Source: an uncultured Bacteroides sp. (GTDB lineage Bacteria; Bacteroidota; Bacteroidia; Bacteroidales; GCA-2748055). From it: a stretch of 64,000 nt of DNA. Of this stretch, positions 36,501-42,615 are shown in pieces (position 1 is the stretch's first letter; the number at the start of each line of letters is the position of its first letter). The translations under genes and the position numbers were made by a program. The notes beneath the pieces are model-generated. The model was not told where the DNA came from. It made no database searches and was given only the letters and a program-made list of their open reading frames with translations. The stretch covers positions 19,172 to 83,171 of the forward strand of contig CAYXUD010000042.1 of the NCBI GenBank assembly GCA_964467775.1. Reading direction: 5' to 3'.

Positions 36501-36638
36501 CGGCACGCCCTGCCCGTTCGCAGCATCCGTCACCTTTCCGGAAACCGACTGCTGGGCAAACAGGCCCTGTGCGGCAAAGATCAGGATGCCTGCACACAGC
36601 CATTTTATCAATGAGTTCTTTCGCAGTTTTAGTTTCAT
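33519..36638 (-). CDS. susC: SusC/RagA-family TonB-dependent outer-membrane transporter
   Basis: 1039-aa ORF with a signal peptide. Carboxypeptidase-regulatory-like domain: VSGKVTDAANGQGVPGANVVVKGTTIGTITDQVGNYTI. Plug block: LDEVVVIGYGTVKKQDLTGSVAVV. C-terminal beta-barrel end: ILTAGVQIEF. Confidence 0.92.
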   Translation of the reverse strand: MKLKLRKNSLIKWLCAGILIFAAQGLFAQQSVSGKVTDAANGQGVPGANVVVKGTTIGTITDQVGNYTISVTGPDAVLVFSYIGYLAQEIPVAGLTRIDVELREDIQALDEVVVIGYGTVKKQDLTGSVAVVTAEDLSRTPTSNLASAIQGRAAGVLVTQSGKPGSGPTIRIRGIGSINQSPDPLYVIDGVVGGGIGDINPNDIESFQVLKDASASAIYGADGANGVVIVTTKRGKQGKPRVTFSAYGSLNLPPEQFELMNADQYVDFYNQIYDDNGVARQEPYTDEFRQFYYGEGWEEGTDWQSEIIQRAYTQNYFLNISGGGESSNYAISANVLDEEGILRSTGANRYNFRANSDFRIGKYIRVGESFAVARNIRFDEGIWQGGAWSSPLIASPLMKVFNENNKGGYDGPQEAVEYITPAGDTVSYFNTGGNDKPNPRVALDLSELQTNYNSFIGNIYLEIKPFNWLTFKTTPSAIGSFNHTRNWNPAFESGVRDRELATLDENYSENLTLSIENQLTFDKSFGNHHVTLTGVQHSRTFNGYSSNVRAQNFEYENLNVLHYSTDAPVIAGYITPVRWVSYLGRIIYDYSGKYLLTASVRRDGNSRFGPGNRWGTFPSASAAWKLNEDLLPNVDAIEMLKLRVGYGMTGNSDIGNFRYEALLGKFNEFSPVFGVSQSVTPALNVLYSFGNELIRWESSAMTNVGIDASLFRNRLSATVEYYIKNTDNLIVNRSVSQVFGIVGQPSVNLGDLTNRGFEFNATVRKMEGDFNYEVTGMLTTIKNEVVDIPETYISGDNIARIGNTVGSLRGWIAERIITPEDWDNGDPETGNYLYAIPAEGVPSPGDLKYTDLNLDGVINDDDRTIIGKPIPDMIYSLNVNLYYKNFDFSMYWYGAKHVDVFNSQRAGIECFWSQDLDHNKSLEYSQNYYQPDRPSEEFVRADINNSNRNDRISTWWIEDASFLRLKDLQLGYSLPKQVSHSVGISRARIYVSAVNLWTITKYKGRDPESPTTGSPMGVGTDGGSYPLPRILTAGVQIEF

Positions 36639-36687
36639 GTGATTGAGATTATAGGTTTAGTGTCTTGTTACCGGCACATCAGAGACA

Positions 36688-36728
36688 ATTCAAAAAAAGG
36701 GACACACCAGGCATCCCTTTTTTTGAAT
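36688..36728 (-). terminator. Terminator hairpin (bidirectional design) between the duplicated T9SS protein gene and susC
   Basis: attcaaaaaaaggga (36688-36702) pairs perfectly with tccctttttttgaat (36714-36728) around an 11-nt loop. On the minus strand the 3' arm supplies a T7 run. It lies 18 nt past the stop at 36746. Confidence 0.6.
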
Positions 36729-36745
36729 GAATTGTCAGTTAAAAC

Positions 36746-38836
36746 TTACTTAACCACTTTGAATCCTGAAGGAATACCTTCAATCTTGATGAAGTATACA
36801 CCATCGGCCATATCACTGATGTCAAGCTGTCCGCTTACATTCCGGACGGACCTGACCAGTGAACCGGTGATGCTGTAGATCTTCATATCAGCAGACTCAA
36901 CTCCCCTGATATTCAACATGTCATTCGCTACAAACACCTTCACGGTGCTGGCTGCACGCTCCTTCACACCCCCGATCACGATCTGCTCATCGGAGAGGGT
37001 CACATGCCCGGCATAGTAGATGGAACCGTAACAGTTGTTATGATCGGAAGACCAGTGATATTCCACGGCGTTCTCTGCAATGGCCCCCCTCGATTTGATA
37101 TCGAACGAGATGGTCTCACCCACCTCCACCGGGGTGTAATCGCCTGAAAGGTCTTCAATATCGGCGGGATAACCAAGGGCCCCGTCGAAGGACATCACCA
37201 TGACGGCCCTGATGACCCCGTCGGTCACATCCCAGAAGTGGGTGGCCATGGCCAGGCCTTCCAGGCCGTGCTCGTTGGCTCCCCAGGCTCCCACGGCAAA
37301 TCCCTTCCAGAAGGTCGATTTCTGCAGGCCGATGGAGGCAGCGTACTCGCTGACCACGCCATCCTTGAACACGGCTTTTCCTCCGCCGAGTTCCACATAG
37401 CGGCCATAGGCCATGTTATGGTAGACCGTATCCCATTGGGCTGCACTGTCAGCCGCTGCCTCGAACGTCTTCTCATGCCTGATGTATGAGGTGGGCTGCA
37501 CCATCACTTCATAGTTATGGGAACCTGCATCCAGCTGGGCATTGGTGTCCCAGTACTTGGTGAAAACGTAGAAATTGGACCCGTCATGCACGCCTTTCCA
37601 AGCGGCCCCGAAGGTCGCATCCCCGTCCAGATCATAGGGATCGCCGTTGGCCGGGTCCTGGATGATCTTGTCCATCACCATGGAATCTCCCAGGATATCC
37701 CACGTGGCATCAAAGCTGGCCGCATCGGTGATACCCGCGTAGCTCCATCCATCCGGAGCCTCCAGGATTTCAGCGGTGAGGTTGTCATAAGGATTATCCG
37801 CATAACCGACGACTCCGTCATAAGCCGGTTCCGTATCCCAGGCGATCCATGAAACGCCGGCCAGGGCAACATCGCCCGGTTCCGCGGGAGGAGCCGCAAG
37901 CACCAGGTGCCCGGCATAGTAGATGGAGCCGTAGCAGTTGTTGTGGTCAGAGGCCCAGTGGTACTCCACGGCGTTCTCAGCAATGGTCCCCCTCGATTTG
38001 ATGTCAAACGAGATGGTATCCCCCACCTTCACCGGGATGAAATCGCCGGACAGATCGGTCGGATCCGCAGGATAACCCAGTGCACCGTCAAACGACATCA
38101 CCAGGATGGAGCGGATCACCCCGTCGGTCACATCCCAGAAGTGGGTGGCCATCGCCAGGCCTTCCAGGCCGTGCTCGTTGGCTCCCCAGGCACCCACGGC
38201 AAATCCCTTCCAGAAGGTAGACTTCTGCAGGCCGATGGAGGCAGCGTACTCGCTGACCGTACCATCCTGGAATACAGCCTTCCCGCCGCCCAGTTCCACA
38301 TAGCGGCCGTAGGCCATATTATGGTAGACCGTATCCCATTCGGCTGCACTGTCAGCTGCTGCCGCAAAAGTCGGCTCATGCCGGAAATAGGACGTGGGCT
38401 GCACCATCACTTCATAGTTATGGGTGCCTGCATCCAGCTGGGCATTGGTATCCACGTACTTGGAAAAGATGTAGAGATTGGATCCGTCATGGACACCCTT
38501 CCACGACGCACCGAAGGTGCCAACCCCATCCACCAGGTCATAGGGATCGCCGTTGGCAGGATCCTGAATGATCTTATCCATATAGTGGGCATCTCCGAGA
38601 AGTCCCCAGGCAATGTCAAAGGTGGCTGCATCCACGATCAATCCGGGAGAAACACCTTCAGGCGCCTGAGGGATCACCACAAGTGGATTGTCATAGGGAT
38701 TGTCTGCATAACCGACGATTCCATCGTAGGCCGGCTCCGTATCCCAGGCAATCCATGAAACCCCTGAAAATGCCACCTGGGCAAAAGCTCCCACGGCAAG
38801 AAAGGAGAGCATCAGTAAAGTAGCAAATCTTTTCAT
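36746..38836 (-). CDS. Secreted protein made of two tandem ~300-aa domains of unassigned family (possibly distant CBM9/DOMON-like) plus a T9SS C-terminal sorting domain
   Basis: 696-aa ORF. Signal peptide: MKRFATLLMLSFLAVGAFAQ. Repeat 1 starts VAFSGVSWIAWDTEPAYDGIVGYADNPYDN and repeat 2 starts VALAGVSWIAWDTEPAYDGVVGYADNPYDN. A 47-aa identical core, EYAASIGLQKSTFWKGFAVGAWGANEHGLEGLAMATHFWDVTDGVIR, is present in both. CTD-like end: MKIYSITGSLVRSV...DGVYFIKIEGIPSGFKVVK. Confidence 0.65.
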   Translation of the reverse strand: MKRFATLLMLSFLAVGAFAQVAFSGVSWIAWDTEPAYDGIVGYADNPYDNPLVVIPQAPEGVSPGLIVDAATFDIAWGLLGDAHYMDKIIQDPANGDPYDLVDGVGTFGASWKGVHDGSNLYIFSKYVDTNAQLDAGTHNYEVMVQPTSYFRHEPTFAAAADSAAEWDTVYHNMAYGRYVELGGGKAVFQDGTVSEYAASIGLQKSTFWKGFAVGAWGANEHGLEGLAMATHFWDVTDGVIRSILVMSFDGALGYPADPTDLSGDFIPVKVGDTISFDIKSRGTIAENAVEYHWASDHNNCYGSIYYAGHLVLAAPPAEPGDVALAGVSWIAWDTEPAYDGVVGYADNPYDNLTAEILEAPDGWSYAGITDAASFDATWDILGDSMVMDKIIQDPANGDPYDLDGDATFGAAWKGVHDGSNFYVFTKYWDTNAQLDAGSHNYEVMVQPTSYIRHEKTFEAAADSAAQWDTVYHNMAYGRYVELGGGKAVFKDGVVSEYAASIGLQKSTFWKGFAVGAWGANEHGLEGLAMATHFWDVTDGVIRAVMVMSFDGALGYPADIEDLSGDYTPVEVGETISFDIKSRGAIAENAVEYHWSSDHNNCYGSIYYAGHVTLSDEQIVIGGVKERAASTVKVFVANDMLNIRGVESADMKIYSITGSLVRSVRNVSGQLDISDMADGVYFIKIEGIPSGFKVVK
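37001..38776 (-). repeat. Intragenic tandem duplication, period 903-906 bp (copy 1 about 37871-38776, copy 2 about 37001-37870)
   Basis: Homologous residues are offset by 301-302 codons. The 140-nt core 37216-37355 differs from 38119-38258 at only 4 positions by my manual alignment, and these fall within the 47-aa stretch that is identical between the copies. Confidence 0.9.
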
Positions 38837-38950
38837 ACGTAACGTTTTTAAGTTAGTAAATGGAAATTAGTTTAAACAAACATATCTATATTGCCTCTCT
38901 GGGAGGTCAGGTATATTATTAAAAAGGTCCATTATTTTTGGTTTCATGGC

Positions 38951-39883
38951 TTATTCTCTTTTCCATACCAGCCTGCAAAGCCTGATACAACTGAAATCTG
39001 CCAGGTCACTAATATACCAAATTCCCCGGTCAAATACAATTTCCGGGGCCCTGACCGGAAGGACAGTAACGAGCTTTGAATCATCGTTGATCCCGAAATG
39101 GTAGGGAGTATCCGATGCATAGACGTAACACCTGCCCGTGATGGAGGAAGACCTGAAGAGGTAATAGAGACCATTCCTTTTCAATACAAAAGGGCTCTCT
39201 GCACTGACGGGCCCGTTGCCGGCGATCCCACCCGCGGATACGATTGTATAGTCTGACCACCTCCTGAGGTCCGGGGAGGTGCGGACCACGATGAATCCGC
39301 CCGGCCAGTTATCTTTGGTTACCGTGGAAATGGTGGAGTAGGCATAATAGGTCCCCCCGTCTTCCAAGACCATCACATCCCTCCCGCTCTGCTCGAATAC
39401 CAGGTTGGATCCCTCATTGAAACCGATCTTCCGGAAATGACAGCCGTCTTTCGAAAACATCACCCGCAGACCGTTTGAATTATAGAAACAGTAGTAACCT
39501 GTATCAGATCTCATGAAGAACGGGGCCTGGATCTTCTCCTCCGGCTGCACCTGCTCCCCGTAGGCACTGTCTGCCCTGACAACAATCCCTGTGCTCTCAA
39601 ACATAGGTCCTGTGAGCGATTCCCCCTGCCACCCGTAAAGGATCCTGCCCACAGCTGTCCCTCGGATGCATGCCCAGCATTGCCACGAGCCATCCCCAGC
39701 CTGGAAAAAGCCGTGGTCGACCACCTGTTGCCGAACGGGATCAGGCCCGTTCAGGGGGCCCAGGTCGGGAACGCTGCAGATCTTCCACGGTTCGCCGTCC
39801 ACTACCGGGACCATGATCCTATTCCGGCCGCAGGAGAAGAGGGCCACGGCAACAGCCAGTATAAACAGGGGCAGCTTTCTCAT
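38951..39883 (-). CDS. Lipoprotein, candidate five-bladed beta-propeller glycoside hydrolase (GH43/clan GH-F-like)
   Basis: The track ORF starts at 39889 on GTG. ATG 39883 gives MRKLPLFILAVAVALFSCGRN (lipobox). Blade-like repeats: VVDHGFFQAGDGSWQCW, QAPFFMRSDTGYYCFYNS, RDVMVLEDGGTYYAYST, AESPFVLKRNGLYYLFRS, APEIVFDRGIWYISD. The ESP...YYLF block resembles the GH43 acid-catalyst block. Confidence 0.4.
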   Translation of the reverse strand: MRKLPLFILAVAVALFSCGRNRIMVPVVDGEPWKICSVPDLGPLNGPDPVRQQVVDHGFFQAGDGSWQCWACIRGTAVGRILYGWQGESLTGPMFESTGIVVRADSAYGEQVQPEEKIQAPFFMRSDTGYYCFYNSNGLRVMFSKDGCHFRKIGFNEGSNLVFEQSGRDVMVLEDGGTYYAYSTISTVTKDNWPGGFIVVRTSPDLRRWSDYTIVSAGGIAGNGPVSAESPFVLKRNGLYYLFRSSSITGRCYVYASDTPYHFGINDDSKLVTVLPVRAPEIVFDRGIWYISDLADFSCIRLCRLVWKRE

Positions 39884-39885
39884 GG

Positions 39886-42615
39886 TCACTCCTTTTCCTG
39901 AACTACTTTTGCCACAATGACATAGCGGCCCGACCCGGTTTCCACCGCCACCCCTCCTTCACAGGCCCTGCGCTCAAATGCAGAGCCCTCCAGTGGTTCC
40001 CCGTTGATGGTGATCTCTCCGGGATCACCGGGAATCTGGATGGTGGCACCGGCATTCGCCGGGATCTCCACATCCATGGTCATCGTTTCGCCCTCCAGTT
40101 CCCATCCCGATCCGATCGGTCCATACATGCTCTCGTGGGTGGCCCTGGCCGAAGTGAGCCCGCCACCGGGGCGGGGATGGATGATCACATGCCTGTAACC
40201 GGGCTGGTCCGGATCGATCCCGATCCCGGCCACCACCTGGTAGAGCCACTTCCCGATGGCCCCGTAAGCATAGTGGTTGAAGGAGTTCATGCCGGGGTCC
40301 TGGAAGGTGGAATCGGGCTTCTGCCCGTCCCACCGCTCCCAGATGGTGGTGGCCCCCATGGTGACGGGGTAGAGCCAGGAGGGATATTTCTTACTGGTCA
40401 GCAGCATATAGGCCAGGTCGATCCGGCCGTGATCGGTCAGTGCCTGGGAGATCAGCGGCGTCCCCAGGAAACCGGTGGTAATGTGCCCGAACTGTTCCAC
40501 ATCTCTCGCGAGATGGGCCGCGCTCTTCGGGACGGTCTCCCCGTCCAGCAGTCCGAAGGCAAGGGCCAGCGTATAGGCGGTCTGGGTATGCGCCACCAGC
40601 CTCCCGTTGGGCGTGACGAATTCATCATTGAATGCCGCCTTCACTTTTTCAGAGAGCACGGCAAAGTACTTCGCATCTTCATATTTCCCCAGGATGGATG
40701 CCGCTCTGCTGACAATGGATGCAGAATAGGCAAAATAGGCGGTGGCGATCAGGTCTTTCGTGGTGTAGGCACCCATATAGTCCGACTGGCTTGCATCAAA
40801 CGCCAGCCAGTCGCCCCAGTGCCAGTGATTCTCCTGCCAGATAAGATCATCACCTGCCTGGGCTTCCATATAGCCGATCCAGCGCTTCATGCTCTCATAC
40901 TGGTTCTCCAGCACGGAGAGATCCCCGTAATCGAGGTATACCACCCAGGGGATCACCACGCCTGCATCCGCCCAGCCGGTGGCTCCCCCGCCTCCCAGGA
41001 TATCGGGGATCACGTTGGGGATCAAACCGTCCTCCCGCTGGTCAGCCGCCAGGTCCTTCAGCCATTTCGTGTAGAAAGTCGCTGCGTTCATATTGAAACA
41101 GGCTGTGGGTGCGAACACCTGGGCATCACCGGTCCATCCGAGCCGCTCATCCCGCTGGGGGCAATCGGTGGGAACATCCAGGAAATTCCCTTTGAGTCCC
41201 CACACTATGTTATGCTGAAGCTGGTTGATCAACGGATCGGAACAGGTGAATGTCCCGGCAGGGTCCATGTCGGAGTGGATCACCATCCCGCGGATCTTAT
41301 CGCCGGTCAGCTCCCCCGGATAGCCCGACACCATCACATACCTGAATCCCTGGAAGGTGAAATGGGGATTAAAGACCTCTTCTCTGCCCCCTTTCAGAAT
41401 ATAGGTATTGGTCTGCCTGGCACCTCGCAGGTTATCGAAGTACATATTTCCCTTTTTATCCAGCACTTCGGCATGCCTCAGGGTGATGGTATCTCCCCGG
41501 TTACCCGAGGCACTGATCTTTATCCATCCCACCATGTTCTGGCCCATGTCGACCTGCCAGCCCTCTGCCGTTCTGGTAATGGATGCCGGAGCCAGCTGAT
41601 CAGTGATCCTTACAGGCGGGCCCTCCGTGGCAACCAGCTTGGCTGTGGATATTCCCACGGTATTCACAGGACTCCACCCCGAATCGTCGTAACCCGGAGT
41701 GCTCCAGCCCGTCAGCTCCTTCATGGCGTCATAGACTTCGCCGTTGTAAATATCCGACTCAAGGATCGGCCCGGTGGTGGCTTTCCAGGAACCATCGGTC
41801 CCCAGGACCCAGGTGGTCCCATCCTTATAGGTGACCACCAGCTGTGCAATGGCCGAAAGCTCTTTCCCATAGAGATTCCGGTTGCCCACCCAGCTGAGGT
41901 TGCCCCTGTACCATCCGTCGCCAAGGACGATCCCCAGGGTATTTTCCCCCTGGTCAAGCATCTCAGTCACATCATAGACCTGGTACTGCAGCCGTGTATG
42001 GTAGCTGGTCCAGCCGGGGGTGAAGAGCCGGTCCCCGACCCTTTGCCCGTTGATCTCCGCCTGGTAGAGTCCCCGGCTGCTGATACAGAGCCTTGCCTTT
42101 TCGATCTCCTTTTCGATGGGAAACTTTTTTCTTATGTAAGGGGAGGGATTGGATTTCCGGAGATCCTCTTCCCAGGAAGGCGCGATCCAGTCAGCTTTCC
42201 ATCCTGTCCCGGGCATGAAACCCGTCTCCCACCAAGCCACCTCGCTCCACTGGCTCGGTCTGCCGTGGTTGTCCCAGACCCTCACCTGCCAGAAGACCCG
42301 CTGGAATGACTGGAGCGGCGGTCCGCCGTACCTCACACGGATGCTCTGGGAGGATCCGTTCTTCCCCGAATCCCAGAGCAGGTTGCTGCCTTTTTTCAGG
42401 TCCCGCTCATCCAGTGCTGCCCTGATCCGGTAGGAGTCCTGCATGGTATTCATTTGATCGGATCTGGTCTTCCAGCTCAGTTTAGGGGCCGGGTTATCGA
42501 TCCCCAGGGGATTGGTCCTGTAATCGGTGGTAAGGGAGGTAACCACAGGCTGGGCCGGCAGCATGGATGCGGTCAGCATCCCCAGTGCCAGCAGAAAAGG
42601 TGCTCTGAATTTCAT
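39886..42615 (-). CDS. GH78 alpha-L-rhamnosidase
   Basis: 909-aa ORF with a signal peptide. Blocks: NPAPKLSWK, FTFQGFRYVMVSGYPGE, DVPTDCPQRDERLGWTGDAQVF, GATTIWERWDG, SFNHYAYGAIGKWLYQVVAGI. There is an ATGA overlap with the upstream GH116 gene. Confidence 0.9.
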   Translation of the reverse strand: MKFRAPFLLALGMLTASMLPAQPVVTSLTTDYRTNPLGIDNPAPKLSWKTRSDQMNTMQDSYRIRAALDERDLKKGSNLLWDSGKNGSSQSIRVRYGGPPLQSFQRVFWQVRVWDNHGRPSQWSEVAWWETGFMPGTGWKADWIAPSWEEDLRKSNPSPYIRKKFPIEKEIEKARLCISSRGLYQAEINGQRVGDRLFTPGWTSYHTRLQYQVYDVTEMLDQGENTLGIVLGDGWYRGNLSWVGNRNLYGKELSAIAQLVVTYKDGTTWVLGTDGSWKATTGPILESDIYNGEVYDAMKELTGWSTPGYDDSGWSPVNTVGISTAKLVATEGPPVRITDQLAPASITRTAEGWQVDMGQNMVGWIKISASGNRGDTITLRHAEVLDKKGNMYFDNLRGARQTNTYILKGGREEVFNPHFTFQGFRYVMVSGYPGELTGDKIRGMVIHSDMDPAGTFTCSDPLINQLQHNIVWGLKGNFLDVPTDCPQRDERLGWTGDAQVFAPTACFNMNAATFYTKWLKDLAADQREDGLIPNVIPDILGGGGATGWADAGVVIPWVVYLDYGDLSVLENQYESMKRWIGYMEAQAGDDLIWQENHWHWGDWLAFDASQSDYMGAYTTKDLIATAYFAYSASIVSRAASILGKYEDAKYFAVLSEKVKAAFNDEFVTPNGRLVAHTQTAYTLALAFGLLDGETVPKSAAHLARDVEQFGHITTGFLGTPLISQALTDHGRIDLAYMLLTSKKYPSWLYPVTMGATTIWERWDGQKPDSTFQDPGMNSFNHYAYGAIGKWLYQVVAGIGIDPDQPGYRHVIIHPRPGGGLTSARATHESMYGPIGSGWELEGETMTMDVEIPANAGATIQIPGDPGEITINGEPLEGSAFERRACEGGVAVETGSGRYVIVAKVVQEKE

